Positions 20,173 through 29,335 of a DNA stretch of 64,000 nucleotides are shown piece after piece (the first letter of the stretch is position 1; every line of letters begins with the position of its first letter). The notes beneath the pieces are model-generated. The model was not told the DNA's origin. It saw nothing but the letters and a program-made list of their open reading frames with translations, and did no database searches. Position numbers and translations under genes: made by a program. Source of the stretch: Armatimonadota bacterium (GTDB lineage: Bacteria; Armatimonadota; HRBIN16); assembly GCA_963677485.1 (NCBI GenBank), contig OY781964.1, positions 2,688,001-2,752,000 of the forward strand. The letters run 5' to 3'.

Positions 20173-22347
20173 TTAGTAACCCTTCAGCAGGGGCTTGATT
20201 TCGTCAGCGATCAACTGTTTGTAGTGCTGAGCCTCGTTCTGCTCGAACTGGCCCCCAAGCTTCTGAACACCATCGGCTGCCCCAAGATAACCCAGCCACA
20301 GCGTGTCACGCTGCAGCCATACGGCCTCGCGTGCCATCATAGTGGGCGTGACCAGCAGACTGAGTATCAGCACGCTGCCCGCCCATAGGCTGGCCAGCCG
20401 CCGGTTGAGGGCACCGAAATACCGGCTGTAAAGTGACATGGCGTACAGCCCAATGATCACGCTGCCTGCCAGCATCACCCATCCCGCGATGAACTGAGCC
20501 ATCGACACGATGTTTGCCATCATGTCGGTGTTTGGGTCATTCGAGAAGATGAGCCAGAAGCCAATCAACACGCAGCCATACCCGATGATTGCGTATTTCA
20601 GCTCAAGGCGTGCATCTGGCGTGCCGATGCCCAGATCCCGGCAGCGTTTGCGTGTTTGCTGCCACTCCAACACCATTGGGGTCAGCAACAGCAGGGCACC
20701 AGGTATGACCCACCAGAAGGAAGCAGACTTAAGCAGGCTGGTCTCTGTGAGCACCACAACAAGAAGGGCGGGAGCCAGCACGAAAGTGAGCAGCCGGATA
20801 CGCATCATCTTCCAGTCCGGCAGCAGGAATAACACCCGTTCACAACGGTAGGCCCCTACCACCATCCAGATGAAGGCCAGTATACTGCTCAAAATTAACA
20901 ACAAGGCGAAGACGGATGTCCACACCATCACGAGGGTTTCACCAGCCAGCTGGCTCTGTACCCGCTTGAGCGGGGTAAGCTGCGCGACACTGACTCCGGG
21001 GTAATATACATCGAGATCCTTGAACTCGAAGGGCAGAATGTCGATGCGCTTAGCATCTGCCTCGGCTTGTTTTTCTGTCGGCTCGAGTTTGACAGATAAC
21101 ACGGTGCGGCCATGCGCACTACTCGCTTGCTGCTTCGCCACTTGTTTTTGAAAGCGGCTGGGATACGCTGGCCTAATAAGCCGATCACTGTCGTTGAGAA
21201 AGCTGTTGCAGGCGTAGTATGATAACGTTTGTCTAGGTCTATAGTTGGAGTTCTCCGATTTCATTACATTTAGCTTCAAGGATTGTTGCACTACCCGCTC
21301 GGCAGTGGCATACTGGCCTTGTTCAGCCAGGTAGCGCACTAAGGTGCCGATGTTTTGATCGTTCATTGACCAAGAACTGTCAATCTGGCGAGCAAAAAAC
21401 CAGCGTGACAGATATTGCTCGTAGTAACGAGGTTGAGGCAGACGCTGCAGCATCCTTAGGTTAAACTCATCGGTGTAGTCGTCAAAGCGAGGCTTCTTTG
21501 AGGCTTCTTCCAGCAGTATCAAACAGCGTTCCAGTCCAGCCAGGCTGCTTATTTTGGTGCCAGGTTCAATTCGAGCAACCAAAGGTAGAAACGCCTTACT
21601 AAATTGCACCTTTAGCATGAGCATAGGGTAGAGTGCGTTGTCTGGGTCCTTCTGCATACCGATCGCAATGAATTTCAGGTAGTCTGCCGGGGTGATGGAG
21701 CCTTGTGCATAATAAGTCGAGTTGCCCCCTGGGGTGTTGGATATTATATTCCGTTTTGGGTTGAATACCACTTCGGAACCCACCAGGAAGTAAGCCAGCA
21801 TTTTGAGGGCTTCAGGCTCATGACTGTGCTTCTGCCAGTACTCTTTGAATCGCTCGGTGCGGAATGCATTCTTGTGGTTCTCTGGTATATCGATCTTACC
21901 GACGGCGTAGAAGTCGGCATGAGGAGGCGCAAACACCGAATAGGCAGGGAGGCGGAACTCGTCGGTCGTGACGGTCTGCGGATCGATCTGTACCTCGCGC
22001 TGGGCCTCTTGAATACCACCCAACCGCAGAAAACCTAAAGCCAGGCCTGCCAGCAGCATCACCGGCACCAGCACCCAACTGATCATGATGCGGGCCAGGC
22101 TGCGCAGAGTCATCCTGCGGCTGTTGGCGGTCAGTAGTTGGTCAGCCAGCTCTGCGGGTGGTCCAAACTGCGCCACGGTCTGCTCTTGGGCTTCCTCCGG
22201 GGACAGCTTCAGTTCAGAGCTTAGCTCCGCGGCACTCTCCTCCAGGTGGCTCATCAGCTCCTGACGCACATCCAAAAGCAGCTCATGGTCAGCTTTCAAG
22301 CCTTCGGTGGCTTGGTCAACCAGCTTCTGGAAGGGGCTTGTATCCAT
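20173..22347 (-). CDS. Multi-TM membrane protein with N-terminal permease-prefix-like domain and large extracytoplasmic domain (copy 1)
   Basis: N-terminal VRQELMSHLEE...AQFGPPAELA; TPR-like DPDNALY; C-terminal TM helices; directly downstream of PadR. Confidence 0.75.
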   Translation of the reverse strand: MDTSPFQKLVDQATEGLKADHELLLDVRQELMSHLEESAAELSSELKLSPEEAQEQTVAQFGPPAELADQLLTANSRRMTLRSLARIMISWVLVPVMLLAGLALGFLRLGGIQEAQREVQIDPQTVTTDEFRLPAYSVFAPPHADFYAVGKIDIPENHKNAFRTERFKEYWQKHSHEPEALKMLAYFLVGSEVVFNPKRNIISNTPGGNSTYYAQGSITPADYLKFIAIGMQKDPDNALYPMLMLKVQFSKAFLPLVARIEPGTKISSLAGLERCLILLEEASKKPRFDDYTDEFNLRMLQRLPQPRYYEQYLSRWFFARQIDSSWSMNDQNIGTLVRYLAEQGQYATAERVVQQSLKLNVMKSENSNYRPRQTLSYYACNSFLNDSDRLIRPAYPSRFQKQVAKQQASSAHGRTVLSVKLEPTEKQAEADAKRIDILPFEFKDLDVYYPGVSVAQLTPLKRVQSQLAGETLVMVWTSVFALLLILSSILAFIWMVVGAYRCERVLFLLPDWKMMRIRLLTFVLAPALLVVVLTETSLLKSASFWWVIPGALLLLTPMVLEWQQTRKRCRDLGIGTPDARLELKYAIIGYGCVLIGFWLIFSNDPNTDMMANIVSMAQFIAGWVMLAGSVIIGLYAMSLYSRYFGALNRRLASLWAGSVLILSLLVTPTMMAREAVWLQRDTLWLGYLGAADGVQKLGGQFEQNEAQHYKQLIADEIKPLLKGY

Positions 22348-22348
22348 C

Positions 22349-22687
22349 TTAGGCCTCCTGCAGCAGTAACACTGAGTTCACGTTTGTGGTATAGTTCTTC
22401 CAATCCTTCAAGCGTGTCTGCAGGCTCTCCAGGCCCGCCGGCGTGATGCTGTAGTACCGACGCGGCCTGTTGTAACCGTGCACCTCCACCCATTCGCACT
22501 GCAGTTGCCCGCACGACGCCAGCTTGTGCAGCACAGGGTATAGACTCCCCTCCTTCCACTTAAACTCGCCTTCGGTGCGTTCATTCACGAGTTTGATGAT
22601 CTGGTAGCCGTACATCTTTTCTTCTGATAGCATCTTGAGCACCATCATCTCGATGGCACTCGCCAGATAGTCAGCATGGTTTGCCAT
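22349..22687 (-). CDS. PadR family transcriptional regulator (copy 1)
   Basis: MYGYQI, EGSLYPVLHKL and RRYYSIT motifs. Confidence 0.92.
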   Translation of the reverse strand: MANHADYLASAIEMMVLKMLSEEKMYGYQIIKLVNERTEGEFKWKEGSLYPVLHKLASCGQLQCEWVEVHGYNRPRRYYSITPAGLESLQTRLKDWKNYTTNVNSVLLLQEA

Positions 22688-22812
22688 TTGGTCGCCTCCG
22701 AATACTTTGATGTTCTAAGTATACTATGCATAGATATAGAAAGTATAGTGGCGAATGAAAATCTGGTATATTTGCTGGCTGGGTGGAGCGACATAGGGCG
22801 AACGGCGGTCAC

Positions 22813-23286
22813 CCTTCCCCTCACCATCCGCGTCATCCGTGGTTCAGACAAATAACCGCGGATGAACGCCGATGAACGCAGATGGGAACCGGAACTGCCT
22901 CACGCGAAGACGCGAAGGCGTGAAGTGAACACCGTTGCCTGAACGGCCCCTACCGGGGCGGAGATGGCCTGCACCATCGATCCGACGGATGGTCTGGCGT
23001 AGGGGCGGGGTCACCCCGCCCCAGGGTGCGGAAATCGTGCCCCTACACATCGTCCGGCGGTAGGGGAGAACGGCGTTTCCTTCCCCTCACCATCCGCGTC
23101 ATCCGTGGTTCAGACAAATAACCGCGGATGAACGCCGATGAACGCAGATGGGAACCGGAACTGCCTCACGCGAAGACGCGAAGGCGTGAAGTGAACACCG
23201 TTGCCTGAATGGCCATGACCGGATCGGTGATGGCCAGCACCATCGATCCGACGGATGGGACGAATCGGACAGATGGTCTGGCGTAG
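22813..23286. repeat. Tandem ~266-bp composite repeat; second unit interrupted by IS110
   Basis: 22813-22943 is identical to 23079-23209; the second unit resumes at 25099. Confidence 0.9.
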
Positions 23287-23557
23287 ATACTGTGGCTTTT
23301 GTCAAGTCCCCAGGGGCAAATCTGGGGATTTGGACCTGAATATCAGACACTGGCTCTAGACCACGTAGAATAACGTTAATGTGATGTTTGTGGCATATAG
23401 ACCAAACCTGGATCCGCGACAGAAACAGGCTCAGATGGCATCAGTTGGTCCGTAGCACCTCACATGACGCTCGGAGTCGCGAACGGACGTGCGACATCTT
23501 CGTGGCTTCGAAAGATATCGTTATGCTTCGATGCGTGCTATCGGCAGACTGCCGCAG

Positions 23558-24850
23558 CTAGGATACTGGTGTCAGAACCCTCGGTTTGTTGCCCACCCGA
23601 CTGCGCGATGGCCGGTTTCGGGATGCGGGCCGACCACCGCCGGCAGGAGTGGGCTCATTGGTGGGATTTCCATCCACGCATCCCCGTCTTGGAACGCTCA
23701 CGTCCAGCCCAGGATCATTGCCTACACCGGCTATATCATGGGCCGCTCCGGCACGATCCTGGACATGTCCGTTCGCGTCGGTCAGCGGTTGCTGGTTGGC
23801 CGCATTTGAAGCTTGTTCGATGCCGAAGTTTGGATCATATGGCTGACGGCTGATTAATACCGACCACATGAGCACCAGCTGCTTGCGCATGATTGCGCAC
23901 CGGACAACTCGCTTGGACTTCGGTTTCTTATTGGGATTCTTTACCAAATTCGGATGCTGCAGTTCCTTCACGAAGTCGTGCATGCTCTGGCCAAGCTTTT
24001 TCGACTTACCGTTGACCATCTTCACCACAGTGCTCGATCCACAGTAGAGTAATGTCCGCATATATCGGTCACCCATCTTGGATATGGAGCCGTCGTATGT
24101 CTTGCAGCTTCCTGACCGTTGCGGGCAGGGGTTCATTCCGAAATAGCGCGCGACCGCTTTCGATGTTTCAAATCGTTTAGCATCACCGATTTTCGCAAGG
24201 AAATAGCTTGCTGTGACGTCGCCGATACCCGGAATGCTCTTCAGCAGAGCCATATCTTCGGTCATCTGCGGTGAACTCATCACAAGCTCTTTGATCTGAA
24301 CATCAAGCTTTTTGATGCCCATGTCATGAAAAGCGATCATCTCGTCCAGCACTGTGCTCCGCGTAAGCCGACAGCTTTGGCGCTGGGCGATCGCCTGTCT
24401 GTGTTGCACCAGCATACGGCGGTCATTGGTGTAACCAATAAGCGCATCATAGCATGCTAGACGAGGGACATAGAGTGAGACATTGTGACTTTTCACATAG
24501 TCAGCGATTAGCACGCTGTCAGAGCAGTCCGTCTTTTGTTCCCAGCCTTTGGCTTTGCGGTGATAGAGAACCCGTTTTGGCTCCAGTTGGACAGCATCGT
24601 GCTGGTGCTCGTAGAGGTAATCAAGCAGCGGTCGGCTGTAAGGCCCGGTGGCTTCAGCCGCATACAAGGCGGGAGTTCGGGTAAGCTTCTTCACCCATGA
24701 CAACAACTCCTTGTATCCGGCCTTGTTGTTCTTGAACTCCTTATGGTCTATCGGCTTGTGCGATGAACCTAATACAGACGCGTCAAACGTCAATTTCGAG
24801 ATGTCGATCCCGACATAATGGATGTAGATTTTGTCTTCAACTTCGTGCAT
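23558..24850 (-). CDS. IS110 family transposase/bridge recombinase
   Basis: GIDISK, AEATG, KTDCSD (DEDD), SIPGIG and QRSGS (catalytic Ser) motifs; GGAG RBS before ATG at 24850. Confidence 0.95.
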   Translation of the reverse strand: MHEVEDKIYIHYVGIDISKLTFDASVLGSSHKPIDHKEFKNNKAGYKELLSWVKKLTRTPALYAAEATGPYSRPLLDYLYEHQHDAVQLEPKRVLYHRKAKGWEQKTDCSDSVLIADYVKSHNVSLYVPRLACYDALIGYTNDRRMLVQHRQAIAQRQSCRLTRSTVLDEMIAFHDMGIKKLDVQIKELVMSSPQMTEDMALLKSIPGIGDVTASYFLAKIGDAKRFETSKAVARYFGMNPCPQRSGSCKTYDGSISKMGDRYMRTLLYCGSSTVVKMVNGKSKKLGQSMHDFVKELQHPNLVKNPNKKPKSKRVVRCAIMRKQLVLMWSVLISRQPYDPNFGIEQASNAANQQPLTDANGHVQDRAGAAHDIAGVGNDPGLDVSVPRRGCVDGNPTNEPTPAGGGRPASRNRPSRSRVGNKPRVLTPVS

Positions 24851-24884
24851 GTGGTAATCTCCAGTTGGTAGTGATTGATGGTGC

Positions 24885-25082
24885 AATCAACCAAATCAGC
24901 CTAGCGAACACGGGGTTTTCTCCCAAGATACTGTTCGATATGGGTTGATTGGGAGAAGGATGCCTATCTACGTCACGGTGTTTTCCACCAGGGGCGGTTC
25001 CGGCATCCAATCCTTCTCCTTCACCCCCAGCTAAGGGGTGAGATTAGCTCCCCGACTGCTTTTGGTGTCCGGGGAGCTCACC
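24885..25082 (-). ncRNA. Predicted IS110 bridge RNA
   Basis: 5' hairpins, then a target-binding loop (GGATGCC..ACCGCCCCT-GGTG/CACC-..CGTAG..GGCATCC) and a donor-binding loop (AATCAACC..ACAGTATCT-GGG/CCC-..GCTAG..GGTTGATT); guides match the observed target and donor. Confidence 0.88.
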
Positions 25083-25189
25083 ATATATAGCGTACTAGGG
25101 GCGGGGTCACCCCGAATCAGGGCGCGGAGACCGCGCCCCACACATCGTCCTGCGGGGCGCGGTCTCCGCGCCCTGGGTGATGAAGCCCT

Positions 25190-27358
25190 TTACGGGTTGA
25201 TGGAACCCGTCGCCGATGGGTCGCCTGTCAGCTTACCCATGCTGTCATGGATAAGTTGATTGGTGTGCTGGGTAAGGTTCTGCTGGAACCGCCCCTCCAA
25301 CTGTTTCACTCCACCCGGTGCGCCAAGATGCCCCAGCATGAGGGTGTCGCGTTGAAGCCATGTGGCCTCACGTGAAAGCATCCAGGGAGTAATCAGCAGG
25401 CTGAGTATCAACACACTGCCTGCCCATAGACTGGCCAGACGGCGGTTGAGCGCGCTGTAGTACCGGACGTAAAGCGACATGCCGTACAGCCCGCCCATCA
25501 CTCCGCCAATCATCAAACTCCATCCGATCACGAACCTCACCAGCGCCATGCTAGAACCGATGGCCTCATAATCCTGGTTGATGGAGCGGTACAGCACGTA
25601 GCCTATCACAATACTGCCAACACAGATGATCTTTGCGATCAGCTCACGAACGGCCTTTGGAGTCGCGATACCCAACTCATGGCACCGTCTGCGGGTTAGC
25701 GTCCACTCGTAAAGGGCGGGGATTCCGATCAGCAGCACGGCCGGGATGGCCCACATGACAGAGGCCTGTTTGATCCAGCCAAACTCCGCCATCACGGCGA
25801 CAAGGGCTCCCGGTATGAATACGCCGAATATCAGCGTGTTCCGAAGCCGGATCCAGTCTGGCAGCAGGATCAACACCCGTTGACCACGGAAGAGACCGAC
25901 GATGCTCCATATGATCGCCAGCAGTGTGCTCAGCACGAGCAGCAGCGCAAAGGCGGTCTGCCAGATCATGATCAGTGTCTCCGAAGCCAGCACACTCTGA
26001 AGCTTTTGCAGTGGTTTCAATTGGTCGAGGTTCAGTCCCCGGAAGTAGGCTGGATTGCGAATAATGGAAGCCGGAATGATATCCACTTTTTTGGCAGTTT
26101 CCTGCACAAGCCGTTCCGTTGGGTTCAACCCATCAGCGCGGTCGGTGGAGGCACCCGCTTTCGATTTCAAGATCTGGTCTATCTGCTGCGAGTAGCTGGT
26201 TGGTTTGATCTTGTTGACATAGTTGGTGTAGCCTTTCAGCAGTCCGATGCTGGTCGAATAGATCACGCTCTTGCGTTTTTCGATATTGGAACTGTCGGCC
26301 AGCAGCAGGTTGATTTTCATCGCTTGCTGAGTCAGCCGCTCGCAACCAGCCGCATCTCCTTTAGTTTGGAGATATTGCAGCACGCGCCAGGTGTAGCTGT
26401 CGAGACTTGATGCTGTCGTATTGATCTGGTCCACAACGGCCTCACGTGAGAGATACTGCTCGTAATATCTGGGTTTCGGCAGACGTTGGAGCATCTTGAT
26501 CCGAAATTCGTCGGTGTAGTCGCTGTAGCGAGGTTTGGACGCCGCAAGAGCCATCATTTTGAGGCCTGCATCCAGATCGGGCTGGCTGGAAAACTCGTAA
26601 CTTTGGATCAAACCAGCCTTTGGCTTAAACGCCTTCTGCAGGTAGACCTGCGCCATCAAGACTGGGTAGAGCGCGTTATCGGGATCTTTCTCCATGCCGA
26701 TGTTGACGAACTTGAGGTAGTCTGCCGGTGCGAGGCTCTCGTTGTCTTGAGGCGCCGCGGGGCCAGGTGTCGGCTCAAACGCCACGTGTGAGCCGACCAG
26801 GAAATAAGCCAGCATATGCAATGCGTCCGGATCATTCTGATGCTGCTGCCAGTATGTCTTGAACCGGTCTGTCTGATATCTAAATCGCTGGTTCTCCGGT
26901 GCGTCGATATTCAGCACCGTTTGCAAGTCTTTTGCTGGAGGAGCAAATACGGAGTAAGCAGGTAGAATCAAACCAGGTTCGATCGGCGCGGAGCGTATCT
27001 TGGCATCATTTTGCATCACGCGGATCGCGCCAAGCCGCGACACCCCCAAAGCCAGCCCAGCCAATAACATGACGGGTATCAGCAGCCAGCAGATCAGTAT
27101 TCGTGCGACGTGACGCCTGGACATCCGGTGCCTGTTGGCCTCAAATAACTGATCGGCCACCTCTACGGGTGAGCCGAAATGTGCTTCGGCCTGTGTCACG
27201 ACCTCGTCGGGAGTGACCGCCGGGTCAGCAGCCAACTCTCCAGCGCTCTCTTCGAGGTGACCGAGTAGCTCTTGCTGCACATCAAGCAGCAACTCATGGT
27301 CGCCTTTAAGTCCTTCAGTGGCCTGGTCCACCAGCTTCTGGAAGGGGTTGTTGCTCAT
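25190..27358 (-). CDS. Multi-TM membrane protein with permease-prefix-like domain (copy 2)
   Basis: Paralog of 20173-22347 (PFQKLVDQATEGLK.DHELLLDV; ALNRRLASLWAGSVLILSLL). Confidence 0.75.
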   Translation of the reverse strand: MSNNPFQKLVDQATEGLKGDHELLLDVQQELLGHLEESAGELAADPAVTPDEVVTQAEAHFGSPVEVADQLFEANRHRMSRRHVARILICWLLIPVMLLAGLALGVSRLGAIRVMQNDAKIRSAPIEPGLILPAYSVFAPPAKDLQTVLNIDAPENQRFRYQTDRFKTYWQQHQNDPDALHMLAYFLVGSHVAFEPTPGPAAPQDNESLAPADYLKFVNIGMEKDPDNALYPVLMAQVYLQKAFKPKAGLIQSYEFSSQPDLDAGLKMMALAASKPRYSDYTDEFRIKMLQRLPKPRYYEQYLSREAVVDQINTTASSLDSYTWRVLQYLQTKGDAAGCERLTQQAMKINLLLADSSNIEKRKSVIYSTSIGLLKGYTNYVNKIKPTSYSQQIDQILKSKAGASTDRADGLNPTERLVQETAKKVDIIPASIIRNPAYFRGLNLDQLKPLQKLQSVLASETLIMIWQTAFALLLVLSTLLAIIWSIVGLFRGQRVLILLPDWIRLRNTLIFGVFIPGALVAVMAEFGWIKQASVMWAIPAVLLIGIPALYEWTLTRRRCHELGIATPKAVRELIAKIICVGSIVIGYVLYRSINQDYEAIGSSMALVRFVIGWSLMIGGVMGGLYGMSLYVRYYSALNRRLASLWAGSVLILSLLITPWMLSREATWLQRDTLMLGHLGAPGGVKQLEGRFQQNLTQHTNQLIHDSMGKLTGDPSATGSINP

Positions 27359-27359
27359 T

Positions 27360-27698
27360 CTATGCCCCCTGTAACAGCATGACTGCATTCACGTTGGCGG
27401 AGTAGCTCTTCCAATCCTTCAGGCGGGTTTGAAGGCTCTCAAGTCCTGCTGTCGTGATACTGTAGTATCGTCGCGGTCTGTTATATCCGGGCACTTCCAC
27501 CCATTCACATTGGAGTTGACCGCAGGACGCCAGCTTGTGTAAAACCGGATAGAGGCTTCCCTCTTTCCACTTGAACTCACCATCGGTCCGTTCATTCACG
27601 AGCTTGATGATTTGATAGCCATACATCTTTTCTTCCGATAGCATCTTGAGCACCATCATCTCGATGGCACTCGCGAGATAGTCAGCATGGTTAGCCAT
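27360..27698 (-). CDS. PadR family transcriptional regulator (copy 2)
   Basis: Nearly identical protein to 22349-22687. Confidence 0.92.
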   Translation of the reverse strand: MANHADYLASAIEMMVLKMLSEEKMYGYQIIKLVNERTDGEFKWKEGSLYPVLHKLASCGQLQCEWVEVPGYNRPRRYYSITTAGLESLQTRLKDWKSYSANVNAVMLLQGA

Positions 27699-27749
27699 GG
27701 GGTCGCCTCCGCATACGTTGATGTTATAAGTATATTATGCCTAGATACA

Positions 27750-27986
27750 TGAGCAGATAGGCACATTGAATCACCGACACTGCTCAGCCAGCGGTGACGG
27801 GTTCCATCAACCTGCTAAAGCAGGCCTCGTCACCCGTCGCTAGTCAGCTGGCTGTCCGCTGAAGCGGACGCATTCCGGACTCCTCTGCGTCCGCTTGCGG
27901 GCTGCGACCCATCAGACGCGCGGTAAGGGAACCCCGTTAAGGGACGCCAGTCCCTTGTGGTGACTAAACCCGCGTCAATGGTGACT
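27750..27986. mobile_element. MITE-like structured repeat inserted upstream of PadR copy 2
   Basis: Absent from the paralogous promoter region at 22730-22780; second copy at ~37826-38031. Confidence 0.65.
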
Positions 27987-28105
27987 AAGTAGTTACGAAT
28001 CATCTGGTATATTTACTGGCTTCTCCGGCGTTCATGTCAGATCGGCTTGAGCTTATGTAATATGTGGATAGACCAACACTATTCGTCACCCAACAGGAGG
28101 CCGTC

Positions 28106-29050
28106 ATGGCTCAGCCGTATCTCACCACCGTTCTGGGCGATCGCCCCGCCAGCAGCATGAAGCTGATCCTGCCGCATGAGCACATTCTGGTCGATTTCGC
28201 CGGGGCAGACACCGCCAGCCCCAGCCGTTACGACGCGGAGGCGGTCTACCAGAAGGCACTGCCGCAGTTGAAGCAGGCGAAAGCACTGGGGGTGGAATGC
28301 GTGGTGGAGTGTACCCCTGAATACCTGGGCCGCGATGTGCGCCTCATGAGACGTCTGAGCCAGGCGAGTGGGATGCAGATCATCGTGCCCACGGGAATGT
28401 ATGCCGCCTCTAACTACAAGTTCATCCCGAAATGGGCTTATGATGCCAGCACTGAGCAGCTCGCTTCTCGCTGGATCATGGAGCATTGGGAAGGAATCGA
28501 GGGCAGCGGCATCAGGCCCGGATTCATCAAGATCGGTGTGAACCCGCAGATGGCCGATATGGAGCGCAAGCTGGTGCGGGCGGCCGCTCAAGCGCACCGG
28601 CAGACCGGTTTGAGCATCGCCAGCCACACCGGTGGAGGCCCGGCGATCGAGCAGCAACTAGCCATCCTGCGTGAAGAGGGCGTTCACCCATCGGCGCTGG
28701 TGTGGGTTCATGCCAATGGAGAGCCGGATTTCGAGCGGCTGGTCCGGGTGGCGAGAACGGGTTGTTGGGTGGAGTTTGACGGTCTGAGCGAGGGCAGTCT
28801 TGAGCAGCATCTGCAACTGGTGCTGCAGATGAAGAGGGCTGGTCTGCTGCATCGCGTGCTGATCAGTCACGACGCGGGCTGGTATGCGGTGGGTGAGCCC
28901 GACGGCGGCACCTGGCGGCCTTTCACGCTGCTGTCTGAGAAGCTCCTGCCCGCATTAGCCGGAGCTGGCTTGAGTGCGAGCGAAATCCGCTGGCTCACTT
29001 CAACCAACCCCGTCCGGGCGTTTGCGGTAGGTGTGAGGAAGGGATCGTAG
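28106..29050 (+). CDS. Phosphotriesterase-family amidohydrolase
   Basis: HEHILVD, LGRDV, GFIKIG, ASHT, WVHA and ISHDAGWY motifs; AGGAGG RBS. Confidence 0.9.
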   Translation: MAQPYLTTVLGDRPASSMKLILPHEHILVDFAGADTASPSRYDAEAVYQKALPQLKQAKALGVECVVECTPEYLGRDVRLMRRLSQASGMQIIVPTGMYAASNYKFIPKWAYDASTEQLASRWIMEHWEGIEGSGIRPGFIKIGVNPQMADMERKLVRAAAQAHRQTGLSIASHTGGGPAIEQQLAILREEGVHPSALVWVHANGEPDFERLVRVARTGCWVEFDGLSEGSLEQHLQLVLQMKRAGLLHRVLISHDAGWYAVGEPDGGTWRPFTLLSEKLLPALAGAGLSASEIRWLTSTNPVRAFAVGVRKGS

Positions 29051-29239
29051 GCAAGTACGACTGGGGATATCACACGCGACACCACGATGTAGGGACATGA
29101 CGTGCCGTGTCCATGGTAGGGACGTCTCACGCGACACCACAGGTGACGACGCGAAGACGCGAAAGATGCACATGACTTGGCAGTCGGGCCTATGCTGCCT
29201 GCCAAGTCATGTGCTCAGATCGCCTCATGTATGGCCTCG

Positions 29240-29298
29240 GTACATTTATTCGCCGTAAAAAGTGTACTGACACCACACTTATTCGTCGTAAAAAGTGT
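29240..29298. promoter_or_regulatory. Duplicated palindromic operator-like sites
   Basis: ACATTTATTCGCCGTAAAAAGTGT and ACACTTATTCGTCGTAAAAAGTGT directly upstream of the ATPase gene. Confidence 0.5.
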
Positions 29299-29335
29299 CG
29301 AGGGAGGGTATAGTAGGGATGTGAGGTGATGATTT

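Larger units (their letters stand above)
23287..25098 (-). mobile_element. IS110-family (IS621-like) element, 1812 bp, CT core
   Basis: Removing it restores GGTCTGGCGTAGGGGCGGGGTCACCCCG, identical to the intact repeat at 22991-23018; no TIRs seen; encodes a DEDD recombinase. Confidence 0.92.

Noticed and set aside
22813-23286. Possible CRISPR array
   Set aside because: Only two long units, no regular repeat-spacer period and no cas genes.
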